Shown: positions 42,851 to 52,255 of the stretch, piece by piece
Numbering within the stretch: position 1 is the stretch's first letter
Layout of the letters: the number at the start of each line of letters is the position of its first letter
Origin: Candidatus Bathyarchaeota archaeon
GTDB lineage: Archaea > Thermoproteota > Bathyarchaeia > Bathyarchaeales > Bathycorpusculaceae
Length of the DNA: 64,000 nucleotides
NCBI GenBank assembly: GCA_963775465.1
Contig: CAVZIW010000009.1
Location: 39,742-103,741 of the forward strand
Direction: 5' to 3'
Program-made: the position numbers and the translations under genes
Notes under the pieces: generated by a model
Databases searched by the model: none
Seen by the model: only the letters and a program-made list of their open reading frames with translations
What the model was told of the DNA's origin: nothing

Positions 42851-43264
42851 TTATTCTTCTTTTTCGGTGAGGTAGAGTTCGCCTTCCTTTAGCAAATCTA
42901 GAACTCTCTGAGTTTGGGTATCGGACAGTTTGCAAGTTTTAGGGGGCTCGTTTAATAAGGCAATTTTTTTAGGTGCATCTTTGAGCAGATGTAAATTTTC
43001 CCATGTTACCTTTATGTCTTCGGAGGGGATGTGTGTTTCGACGTCCATAGCCCATGTTCCTGCATCGAGTTGGTCGCCTCCTTCTGTTAATGCAGTAAAA
43101 GGTCCAAGCAAGCTTTTGTCGTCGGTATTAAAGAGGAAGATAATTGAGCCTTCTTTAATCTGTTCTGAGGGCTTAGTTTGTTGGTCTGAGCAAGTGTAAT
43201 GTTTGTTGCTTAGACATTGTTGCTGGGTCTCCTTAGTGCAGTAAAATATGTATCCGTCATACAT
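42851..43264 (-). CDS. DCD (development and cell death)-like domain protein
   Basis: GYIFYC..ET..QCL....Y...IKEGS.IFLFN....L.GPF.A pattern. Confidence 0.6.
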   Translation of the reverse strand: MYDGYIFYCTKETQQQCLSNKHYTCSDQQTKPSEQIKEGSIIFLFNTDDKSLLGPFTALTEGGDQLDAGTWAMDVETHIPSEDIKVTWENLHLLKDAPKKIALLNEPPKTCKLSDTQTQRVLDLLKEGELYLTEKEE

Positions 43265-43306
43265 TGGTAAAAACCTCTTTCTATTTGAAAGCGCATTGGC
43301 GTTTAT

Positions 43307-44794
43307 TTGCCTTTGCTTTTGATGATATTAGAAAATTTTATTAAAGCTGCTTTGATGTTGCTAAATCGTAAGGTGGAATGTACTTTCAAAACTCTTGCAG
43401 TTGCTAAATTTGGCGGTAGTCTTCTTGATGTTGAAGGCAAAGGAATCCCCAAAATTATAGAACAAATAAAAGAACTCAAAGAAAAAGATGGTTGCGGACC
43501 TATTGCTGTATTCTCTGCCCCAATGGGTTGTACGGATGAACTCATAAGAATCGGGGAATCCTACGCTCAAGCATGCTCGTTGTCACTTGACTCTGTTTTT
43601 GAAGTCTATGAACGTTTGGCTAAAAATTATGTGAATGATAAATGGCTAGGCCAAGCACAAACCACTTTAGCAAAATACAAAGCTTTGACTCAGACTGCGC
43701 TTAACCTGGTAAACAAGCGTTTTAGCGGTAACATTAAAGCAAAAACCATCACATTGGGTGGAGAACTCACCATGTCATCGCTAATGGATTACATTCTAAA
43801 GAGCCATGGAGTAGATTCATGCATTGCTTCTACTGAAGAGTGGCCTGTAGTAACTGACGACAACTTTGAAGATGCCGCAGCAAACTATCAGGTAAGCAAG
43901 AAAAGACTTCACACCTTAATCCAACCTGTTGAAGAAGGCAAAGTAATTTGTTTAGCAGGTTTCTTTGGCTCTACTGCAGACGGACTTGAAACGATCCTTG
44001 GGAGGGGCGGCTCTGATTTAACTGCGGTTTTTGTCTCTTGCCTGCTAAAAGATGTTTATCACGTTAAAACGCTACTCTACAAGGATGTTCCTGTGCAGAG
44101 CGCCGACCCTAAAATCGTTAAAGGACAAGAAACCGAGCATGTAAAAGCTCTCACCTACAACGAGGCACACAAGGCTTCAATGATGGGTATGAAAATTGTG
44201 ATGAATCCAGCGATTGCTATGGCAAGAAGGTTTAATCAGCCTTTAATGGTTGTACCTATTGATGAGCCAAAGATGTATTCGGTGATTGAGGAGCAAACAG
44301 TGGGTGGAGAAGTTGTCAAATGTTTAGCTGGAAAATCAGGATGTGCAATCCTCTCGATGAACGATGAAAAAAGCCGTTCGCTGGAGGATGCTCTGCGAAT
44401 TTGGGAACGTAGAAACGACTTTATGGACCTTGGGGCGGAAACCATGGAAACAGGCGAACGTATCCGTGACTTTCTTTTCTTGGACTCTGAATTCCTCAAG
44501 AAAAACATAGAAAAAATCAAGGGCTTTGATGAAGGCATGAGAGTTGAATTTGGGTTAGGTGTGGTCACTTTAATTGGTGACAGGATGAAGGACTCTCCTG
44601 GTGTAGCTTCATTGGCGATAAGTGCTATTTCAGGCATCAACATTAAACGAGGCATCTTTGCCCCTCATACGTCACAAATCATCCTTGTGGTTGAGGAAAA
44701 AAACGTTCATGCCACCGTTGCTGCAATACATAACAAGAAGCATGACCTCAACAACCCTCAAAATTGGCCTATGGGATTTCAGTCCTCAGCATAG
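43307..44794 (+). CDS. lysC: Aspartate kinase with ACT domain
   Basis: VAKFGGS, VFSA..G.TD.L, GE, LGRGGSDLTA, SADPKIV, LIGDRMKDSPGVA. Confidence 0.9.
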   Translation: MPLLLMILENFIKAALMLLNRKVECTFKTLAVAKFGGSLLDVEGKGIPKIIEQIKELKEKDGCGPIAVFSAPMGCTDELIRIGESYAQACSLSLDSVFEVYERLAKNYVNDKWLGQAQTTLAKYKALTQTALNLVNKRFSGNIKAKTITLGGELTMSSLMDYILKSHGVDSCIASTEEWPVVTDDNFEDAAANYQVSKKRLHTLIQPVEEGKVICLAGFFGSTADGLETILGRGGSDLTAVFVSCLLKDVYHVKTLLYKDVPVQSADPKIVKGQETEHVKALTYNEAHKASMMGMKIVMNPAIAMARRFNQPLMVVPIDEPKMYSVIEEQTVGGEVVKCLAGKSGCAILSMNDEKSRSLEDALRIWERRNDFMDLGAETMETGERIRDFLFLDSEFLKKNIEKIKGFDEGMRVEFGLGVVTLIGDRMKDSPGVASLAISAISGINIKRGIFAPHTSQIILVVEEKNVHATVAAIHNKKHDLNNPQNWPMGFQSSA

Positions 44795-44987
44795 AGGTAG
44801 AGTATTTCAAAATTTTGTTTTCGATCAGGTTCTTGCCTGTTAAGGCTTACAAAATTCTGAAGGGAAAACAAAGCAGCCTGCTTTTTTTAATTGCTCAGAC
44901 AACCATAGCGGGCAAGACTGCAGCGATTTAAAATTAATAAAGGATATAACTTCAAAGTTTGTTGTATCAGGCTTACAAATTAGATTC

Positions 44988-46097
44988 GTGAAGCAGGATG
45001 CAGGTTTGTCAGCTTTAACAAAATACCTGTCAATTAAGCGTTCAGTTCTGTTCATGATAGCTGGCTTGATTGCTTTTGTAGTTTACCTATACTACTTCAT
45101 CGGTATTCCTAAAATTTTAGTCGTTTTGCAAGGAATTAACTCAACTCAATACGCCTTCTACTATACACTTTCCTTGTTAGCGGTACTTGCTTCGGTATTT
45201 TTTTGGTCTCTGGCTTGGAACAATATCCTAAGAACATTATCCGTTAAAATTTCTAATCGAAGAGCTTACTTGTATTATTGGGTTGGATATTTTAGCGATT
45301 TAGTCCTTCCATGTGCAACTATCTGCGGTGAATTGACCAGACTGTACTTAGTCGAGAAAGAAACAGGAAAAGGCTACGGAACGTTGGCATCCTCTGCTGT
45401 AACAAACCGAATTGTTGCCTACACTATTGTAACCATTGGATTGTACAGTGGGGCAATCTTGATTTTTCTAAAATCTGGCGTGCCACCGATTGTATCGAAC
45501 TTATTTATTATCTTTCTGACAGGAGTTACAAGTTACCTCGCCGCGCTTCTATACTTGGCTTTTGTTAAGCAAGCTGCAAGCAATTTTGCGTTAATTTATC
45601 AAAAGATAATGAAAAGACTAAGACCCAAACACTTTTCATCTTTCATAGAAATGCAGGCGAAAGCATCTTTATCCAGTTATTATGAAGGGTTTAAAAAATT
45701 CCGCGAAAAACCACGTTTGTTAATTAAACCTCTTATTTTGCACTTGATATCGTATCTGCTTGGATTATCAGTTTATGTCCTGATTTTTTACGCTCTTGGA
45801 ATCCCTCAAACCCCCGAGTTTTATATCGTTATCTACTTTATCGCAACTGCAGTTCAGGACATAGCAGCAAGCTTTTCTGTGGGTTCTTTGGAGGTGATTT
45901 TAACAAGCATTTTTGTGCTTTACGGTTTACCTTTAACTAACGCATTCTTAACGGCGCTTTTGCTTAGAAGTGCGGGCTTTTGGTTCCCTCTATTTTTCGG
46001 TTTTGTAGCTGTTCAACTCTTGGGAGCCAGAAACTTGATTGCCCAACCCCCTAAGATAGAATCTGAGCTCAGCGCGCTAACCACTGTAAACAAATAA
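44988..46097 (+). CDS. Flippase-like LPG_synthase_TM membrane protein
   Basis: Multi-TM; P.ATICGE..R, GSLE, LLRS..FW. Confidence 0.8.
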   Translation: MKQDAGLSALTKYLSIKRSVLFMIAGLIAFVVYLYYFIGIPKILVVLQGINSTQYAFYYTLSLLAVLASVFFWSLAWNNILRTLSVKISNRRAYLYYWVGYFSDLVLPCATICGELTRLYLVEKETGKGYGTLASSAVTNRIVAYTIVTIGLYSGAILIFLKSGVPPIVSNLFIIFLTGVTSYLAALLYLAFVKQAASNFALIYQKIMKRLRPKHFSSFIEMQAKASLSSYYEGFKKFREKPRLLIKPLILHLISYLLGLSVYVLIFYALGIPQTPEFYIVIYFIATAVQDIAASFSVGSLEVILTSIFVLYGLPLTNAFLTALLLRSAGFWFPLFFGFVAVQLLGARNLIAQPPKIESELSALTTVNK

Positions 46098-46233
46098 AGA
46101 AATAATGTTAGAAGAGAGACATTTTCGGTGACTTTAGTTAATCGTTCTATCCTATAGGCAACTTAGATATTTATTAAAAAAGGAAGTGCTTTCTGGTTTT
46201 AGCGTTCTTCTTATATTCCTTAATTGAGCTAAT

Positions 46234-47223
46234 GTGGCATCGGTGTATGCATTGGTTAACCTTTTAGATCCATTAAAAATAAAGGGAATTACTCTTAGAA
46301 ACCGAATTGTTATGCCTCCAATGCAGTCTGGCAGAGCATCCTTAAAAGGCGAAGTAACAAATAGAGTTATCAACTTTTACACTCGTCGCTCATCAGCGCT
46401 TGGTTTGCCTATTGTGGAGCATGCTTATGTCTCTGCTGAGGGAAAGGTTGGTCCAAAACAATTGGGAATCTACAATGATTCGTTAATATCTGGGCTTGAA
46501 AAGTTGGCATCGGCGATTCATTCAGTAGGGGCTCCAGCTATTGTGCAGATTAGTCATGCAGGCGGAGTTGCCAACAAGAAAATTATCGGCACTGTTCCGG
46601 CTGGACCATCGGCAACGGGAAAAATGCGCATGCTGGAAAAAAGTGAATTGCCATTGATTGCTGAAGAGTATGCTTTGGCTGCTGAGAGGGCAGTTAAATC
46701 TGGGTTTGACGGAGTGGAGCTTCATGGCGCCCATGGTTATTTGTTAAACCAGTTCGTTACGCCTCTGTTAAATAAGCGGGATGACGAGTTTGGGGGATCT
46801 TTGGAGAATCGGATGAGTTTTCCTTTGTTGGTTGTTGAAAAAGTTAAACGCTGCCTTAGTGGCAAGGTTTTGCTCTATAGGATGGGTTCGGATGATTTAG
46901 CCCCTATGGGAACGAAAATAGAAGATGCCGTTGAGTTTGCCTTGAAGTTGCAAGCTTCAGGAGTTGATATCCTTGATGTTTCAGGAGGGATGTGTGGAAG
47001 TGAACCAAAGCAACTTCGCCAAATCCAAGGGTATTTTGTGCCCCAAGCGAAAGAAATTAAAAAAGTTGTCAAAGTTCCGGTCATTGGGGTTGGTGGGATA
47101 GTTGAAGCTGAATTTGCTGATAAATTAGTAAGGGAAGGAAGTGTTGATTTGGCAGCGGTTGGTCGAGCTCTTTGGCATGACCCAGAATGGGCTAAAAAAG
47201 CCGTTGAAAAATTAACAAAATAG
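46234..47223 (+). CDS. NADH:flavin oxidoreductase (Old Yellow Enzyme family)
   Basis: LRNRIVMPPM, QISHAG, GFDGVELHGAHGYLLNQF..P..NKR.DEFGGSLENR. Confidence 0.95.
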   Translation: MASVYALVNLLDPLKIKGITLRNRIVMPPMQSGRASLKGEVTNRVINFYTRRSSALGLPIVEHAYVSAEGKVGPKQLGIYNDSLISGLEKLASAIHSVGAPAIVQISHAGGVANKKIIGTVPAGPSATGKMRMLEKSELPLIAEEYALAAERAVKSGFDGVELHGAHGYLLNQFVTPLLNKRDDEFGGSLENRMSFPLLVVEKVKRCLSGKVLLYRMGSDDLAPMGTKIEDAVEFALKLQASGVDILDVSGGMCGSEPKQLRQIQGYFVPQAKEIKKVVKVPVIGVGGIVEAEFADKLVREGSVDLAAVGRALWHDPEWAKKAVEKLTK

Positions 47224-47399
47224 GTTTTGCTTTTAAACCAATTTTTCGATGTCTCCATGCTTAAATTGAGGTGTTCCATAAACATTTTTACGGGTCAACA
47301 TAAAACTTTAAAGATAAACCTAAAAAATGGCACTGTTAGGGGCTCTATTTTAACTTATTGAGTAGAACACTTTTTTATTGTTCAAACCCGAAGTGACTT

Positions 47400-48071
47400 T
47401 TGGCGTTAGAGATGGGTAAAAATTTCATTAATAAATGGCAACAAAAAAATAATGACGAATCCTTGGTTTCCAAAATCAAGAATGCGACTTTGCCTTCAGA
47501 GGGTAATTTAAAAGAGAAAATAGCTGAGGTAACCCATCGTCTAGATTCGCAAACAAAAACTTTGGATGCTGCAGTTTTGCGTTTCCAAAATCGGGACGCT
47601 TCAATCTTTAACCGAATAGTCAAAGCTACAGCACAAAGAGATTCGGCAAGGGCAAATATTTTGGCTACTGAACTTTCTGAAATCCGAAAAGTTGAGAAAA
47701 TGTTGTCTCATGCATCACTCGGGTTACAAAGTGTATCTATGCGGCTTAGTACAGTTTCTGAGATGGGTGACATAATAACTGTTCTGAACCCGGCAAGAAA
47801 CGTAATAAGCAGTATTAAAACAGAAATGTGTTCGATTTTTCCTGAAGCCAGCCAAGAGTTAGGCAGCATAGGAAACTTGCTATCTGATATTTGCAGCACA
47901 ACAAGTCAAGATATGGATATGCCTGTTAACACTGCAAGCGCAAGTGAGGAGGCGATGCAGATCCTTCAAGAGGCTGAATTTGCTGCAGAAAACAAACTCA
48001 AAAACACCCTTCCTGAAATAGATCTAGAACGACCCATACAAAAGAAATCAATTGAAGAAACTTTAGGCTAA
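47400..48071 (+). CDS. ESCRT-III / Snf7 (CdvB-like) protein
   Basis: Coiled-coil; RD..IF..IV.A...D..RANILA.EL.EIRK...L..V..RL.TV.E.GD....L.P...EA..IL.EA...AE......LP. Confidence 0.85.
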   Translation: MALEMGKNFINKWQQKNNDESLVSKIKNATLPSEGNLKEKIAEVTHRLDSQTKTLDAAVLRFQNRDASIFNRIVKATAQRDSARANILATELSEIRKVEKMLSHASLGLQSVSMRLSTVSEMGDIITVLNPARNVISSIKTEMCSIFPEASQELGSIGNLLSDICSTTSQDMDMPVNTASASEEAMQILQEAEFAAENKLKNTLPEIDLERPIQKKSIEETLG

Positions 48072-48072
48072 T

Positions 48073-48252
48073 TCAAGGATTTTCTGTTTTTTCTTTTTCT
48101 TTAAATTCCTTTATTAATTCGTTAATTTCTTTTGCTGAACGGGCTTTTAACATATTTTTACCCTTAACTGCAACAAAGAACCCGTCGGGAGTGCGGGTGA
48201 TTCTAAAACCGTTAGTGTATTCGGTGCTATCACAAGATGCTTTTCTAGACAT
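48073..48252 (-). CDS. Small hypothetical protein (59 aa, not in ORF track)
   Basis: MSRKASCDSTEYTNGFRITRTPDGFFVAVKGKNMLKARSAKEINELIKEFKEKEKTENP*. Confidence 0.45.
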   Translation of the reverse strand: MSRKASCDSTEYTNGFRITRTPDGFFVAVKGKNMLKARSAKEINELIKEFKEKEKTENP

Positions 48253-48428
48253 AACTTTATCCCAGCTATTATTTAATTCAGTGGCTAAGTAAAAAATATG
48301 TATTATGATTATAATTTAACGGTTCCAAATGATCGGGTTTGGTTTGGGTTGACTTTCCTATTTCAGTTTTCTAGTTTCTGCTGGTTGCTGTTGAAAAAGG
48401 TTGAAAAAAGAGTCCGTTAGGTATTGGT

Positions 48429-48866
48429 TTATGTTCTGGATGTTTGCTGCTGGCATCTGTTTTCGCAGCCGCGGTTGCTGAATTTTCCTAGATAGCCAAA
48501 TGGGTAGGAGAGCAAGAAGACTTCAACAATTCCGACACCTAATGAAAACGGTATGCCCGCAGTCGTTTGTATTAGGAGGTTTATTGTAGAGAAAAATATT
48601 AGGAGGAAAAAGCCGTTGAGCCAGAAGCCTATTTGCCATCCTTTGCAATTATATAAGCGGTGCATAATGATTATGTTCAACACACCTAGAATAAGGGGTT
48701 GAATACCGAACATAGTTATCAAGAATAGAGCAAACCCTATGGGCGGCATGTAGAGCAGAAAAACATGCAGGTAAGCATCCAACAACAGTTGAATGGTAAC
48801 TAAAGCAATTATTATTGCTAAGCCGTGGATGAAGACTTGTTTAGAGAGTTTAAGCATTTTGGGCAA
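48429..48866 (-). CDS. Four-TM membrane protein
   Basis: Four hydrophobic segments; overlaps upstream gene end. Confidence 0.65.
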   Translation of the reverse strand: MPKMLKLSKQVFIHGLAIIIALVTIQLLLDAYLHVFLLYMPPIGFALFLITMFGIQPLILGVLNIIIMHRLYNCKGWQIGFWLNGFFLLIFFSTINLLIQTTAGIPFSLGVGIVEVFLLSYPFGYLGKFSNRGCENRCQQQTSRT

Positions 48867-51273
48867 TCCACTCTCCTACTTTCTGTTCGGTTAATCTTCC
48901 ACGTATCCCATAATCGTTATCAGCACCATTCCAATAAACGATCCAGCAGCCTTTAAGACCCATATTTCTAAAAAGATCCAGCCCTTTGATTATGTAATCG
49001 CTTTGTGTGGCATCATTACTTGTTGACATGCCAAACTCTGAAATGACCACGTCTTTGTTTGTTATCTTTTGAAGGAGCTGTATCATGTTGGGGGAAATAG
49101 TCAGAAATGAATCCATGAAAACGTCGAAACCCACGAAGTCTAGCTTTTCGCCAAATTGAATAGGAAGGTTAGTGCGCGCTACAAAAGCTGGTGAAAAATT
49201 GGTGTAATGCTGTACAGAAAGCTGATGTTTCTCAACTGTGGTGTAGATATCTTCGAATTTTGAACCTGCTTCATCATCTGTAAATAAAGCGCCCATATCC
49301 CACGATGAAGCTACGTCGGGCTCGTTGAGGATCTGGATGTAACCTAAATCGCTACCCCATCTGTCGAGGTAGTAATTTATTTCACTGGTGGTTGCGCGGT
49401 TGGTGATGATTAAAGCAACCTTTACCCCAAGTTGCCTAATTGCGCTGAAGAATACTTCTGAAAGAGTGTTTAGGTTAGAACTAGGAAAAATTGGATCACA
49501 TACAAGATTTACTCGAATTACTTTAAAGCCTAAGTCTTTGATGTGGGATACTTCATCGTAGATTTGATCCGCATTGTCCCGTTCATAGACGTAGCTTACA
49601 CCTACTTCGAAAGACGGATTCGAGCGTTTAGAAGATGAATAGTAGACGTATGGAAAGAAAAACTGAACAAACACCAAAAGGAAACACAGAGTTATGATGA
49701 TTAGTGTCCAAACCATTTTATTTCGTGTGATTGCAGCAATATTTTGTTTCTTCATAAGACTTTTCCAATCTTTTTTTCTGAAATCAGAGAGGTTCTGTCT
49801 TTTGATAAAAAGAAGAAAACTAACACTGGCTACAACTGCAATGGCCACGCCCGCAAAAACTATGCTTGCTGGAAAGGCAGTTTCTACTGTGAAATGAATT
49901 GTTTCGGAAGTACCTACCAATCCTGAAGAACCAGTAGCATAAACTGTTAGGATGTGAGAACCAATAGTTAATTCGGTTAGAGTTGTATTTCCAGTAATCG
50001 CTACTTCTTGCTGCCCATCAATAGTATAACTGAGGGAGACTATTGGATCATTCACTATAAATGCCAATGGGATGTCGTTGGTGTCATATGTTTTGTTTTG
50101 TGGACTTGAGATCCCAACAATTGGCGCCTGAATTTTTACCTCGGGAGAAAATTTGATCATAAATCCCCCTACTGGAGTTGAACCTGCCATCGCATATCCC
50201 CCGTCTTTCGTGGATATTATCCATGATAGGGGGTATCCTGATGGTGATGCTATTGGCCAAGTGCCAAGCGGTTCCTGCCAGAGTTCGCTGCCGGAGGAAT
50301 CTGCACGCATTATGGATGCAGATGCAGGCATAATGACAAAGTAGCCTTGATCAGCTGTCTGCACAATTGCGCTGAAACTATCTCCAGGATATTGGCCATA
50401 AGGCAAGTTCCATTGTTCATAGCCTTGGGAATTTATTTTAATTAGCCAAGGAATCATCCCTCCACTGGATTGCCACATTCCTGTTCCTGCAAGAATGAAT
50501 CCACCATCCTTAGTTCTAGCTAAGGAGTAAACTATATGCTCATCTAAAGGATCACCATAGACGTAGTTTTGGCTCCATTGCTGATTACCGTTTGAATCAA
50601 GTCGAGCTAACCAAAAATTGTTCTTCCAGTTGCCAGCTAATGCACAGCCACGATCAATAGTGTTTACAATTGCGGAAACCTGAAAGCCACCGGTGAAATT
50701 TAAATCCCAAAGAATTGTGCCTTGAGGGTCAAATTTGCGCAACCAAACATAAGTCTCTTGACCTTCTCTGATAGCGTTACCAACTACAATGTAGGTTTCA
50801 TCTTCAGTTATTATTCCTTGTCGAACACCTTTGTTGGCTCCAAGGGAGAAAGTTGAGAGTCTATTACCTTCTGCGTCTGTTTTTATTACGTCACCATTTT
50901 CGCAGAACAGCACGAAGCCTAAACCAGGAGTTTGCGCCAAAGAAACAACATTTCCGAAAGCTTTTTGCCATTGAACATTGCCTGAGGAGTCGGTTTTTAT
51001 TAATGTGGCTCCACCAGAAGTCAAGGCGGCCCCAGATAGGGCATAGCCTCCATCCGAGGTCTGAATGACCGAATTAACCTGCAAACCTTCGTATGTGTTT
51101 CTCCATTCGACAGAAGGGGGGTCAAGAGCAGCCGTTGAGGATGGAACAAAGATAAGTGAGATTAAAAATATGAAAAATAACGCAGAGATAACCCTTATGC
51201 ATCTCGAATAGGCAAGGGGATAACATTTCAAAGATGGCATTCCACGATTGACTAATGACACCTGACTAACCAC
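48850..51273 (-). CDS. Surface protein: beta-propeller + Ig-like + 2 TM + clan GH-A glycoside-hydrolase-like TIM barrel
   Basis: QT.DGGY..AG / KTD..GN..W repeats; SP.N.TY...I.L.F; ILNEP and VISEFG catalytic-type motifs. Confidence 0.7.
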   Translation of the reverse strand: MVSQVSLVNRGMPSLKCYPLAYSRCIRVISALFFIFLISLIFVPSSTAALDPPSVEWRNTYEGLQVNSVIQTSDGGYALSGAALTSGGATLIKTDSSGNVQWQKAFGNVVSLAQTPGLGFVLFCENGDVIKTDAEGNRLSTFSLGANKGVRQGIITEDETYIVVGNAIREGQETYVWLRKFDPQGTILWDLNFTGGFQVSAIVNTIDRGCALAGNWKNNFWLARLDSNGNQQWSQNYVYGDPLDEHIVYSLARTKDGGFILAGTGMWQSSGGMIPWLIKINSQGYEQWNLPYGQYPGDSFSAIVQTADQGYFVIMPASASIMRADSSGSELWQEPLGTWPIASPSGYPLSWIISTKDGGYAMAGSTPVGGFMIKFSPEVKIQAPIVGISSPQNKTYDTNDIPLAFIVNDPIVSLSYTIDGQQEVAITGNTTLTELTIGSHILTVYATGSSGLVGTSETIHFTVETAFPASIVFAGVAIAVVASVSFLLFIKRQNLSDFRKKDWKSLMKKQNIAAITRNKMVWTLIIITLCFLLVFVQFFFPYVYYSSSKRSNPSFEVGVSYVYERDNADQIYDEVSHIKDLGFKVIRVNLVCDPIFPSSNLNTLSEVFFSAIRQLGVKVALIITNRATTSEINYYLDRWGSDLGYIQILNEPDVASSWDMGALFTDDEAGSKFEDIYTTVEKHQLSVQHYTNFSPAFVARTNLPIQFGEKLDFVGFDVFMDSFLTISPNMIQLLQKITNKDVVISEFGMSTSNDATQSDYIIKGLDLFRNMGLKGCWIVYWNGADNDYGIRGRLTEQKVGEWIAQNA

Positions 51274-51297
51274 TTATATTTTTCGCAAAAAAGGTTT

Positions 51298-52116
51298 CTA
51301 CGGCTCGAACCCAACTTTACCAGCGTTCGCTTTGATTAGTTCCGCGATTTCCTTCGTGGCTTTCTCTAATTTTTTGGCTGGATTCGGCTGGTTTGTTCGT
51401 ATAGTTAGATGAAGCTCGGTGTAGGGTTTGTTTTCGGTTCCCATCGCTGGATGTGACTTAATGTATACATCTTTGTTGGCAGCCATAACATGGTCAATCA
51501 GCGGGGCCAATTGAGACTCTATTATGCCTGCCACATAGAGGCTGCTCTGGCAAAACACGAATTCCCCCACTGAATGCTTAATGAGGGGAGCAATAGTTTC
51601 TGTGAAAATCGTCTCCATCTCAACTGGAACACCTGGTAGAACAAACAAAAATGCGTCATCTATTTCTGCCTGTAATCCAGGTGCAGTTCCGACGGGATTA
51701 GTTACCGGCTGGGTTTTTTCTGGGAACTTGGCCATTTTTATTCTGGGGAGCGTAAGCTCGATGTCAGTTGGCAACCCTCGTTTTTTGGCGTATTCAATAC
51801 AGCGTTGCTTGACCATTTCCAGTGCAGAAGGGTTTACTTCCAGTTTGCTTCCCAATGCTATTGCAACACCTTGCAGTGTCATGTCGTCAAAAGTTGGTCC
51901 AAGTCCACCTGTAGTGATAATAAAAGTTGGTTTGCGCGCCTTTGCCTCGTTTATAGCGTTGGCGATTTCCATCAAGTTGTCTTGGATTACGGTTATGCGT
52001 TGAACGTTTGCGCCCAAGTTGGTGGTTTGTGTAGCAAGCCATTGTGCGTTTGTGTTCTGTATTTTGCCAATTAAGAGCTCGTTGCCTATACAGATTATTT
52101 CAACGTCAACCGTCAT
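51298..52116 (-). CDS. CinA-like molybdopterin-binding domain protein
   Basis: IGNELLIG...NTN..WL, TTGGLGPTFDDMT, NPVGTAPG, LPGVPVEM. Confidence 0.92.
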   Translation of the reverse strand: MTVDVEIICIGNELLIGKIQNTNAQWLATQTTNLGANVQRITVIQDNLMEIANAINEAKARKPTFIITTGGLGPTFDDMTLQGVAIALGSKLEVNPSALEMVKQRCIEYAKKRGLPTDIELTLPRIKMAKFPEKTQPVTNPVGTAPGLQAEIDDAFLFVLPGVPVEMETIFTETIAPLIKHSVGEFVFCQSSLYVAGIIESQLAPLIDHVMAANKDVYIKSHPAMGTENKPYTELHLTIRTNQPNPAKKLEKATKEIAELIKANAGKVGFEP

Positions 52117-52255
52117 GCTGCTGCCTTCTGCTTTATGCTTAGAGAGGCGCTTTCTTTTAAGCCGTTTGCGCGATCCCTTCAGCTGGATGTTAATTCAGGT
52201 TTAGTTCCAATGTTGAAGTTGCTTAGTTGGCGGATATTGCGAGAAATAAAATAGG

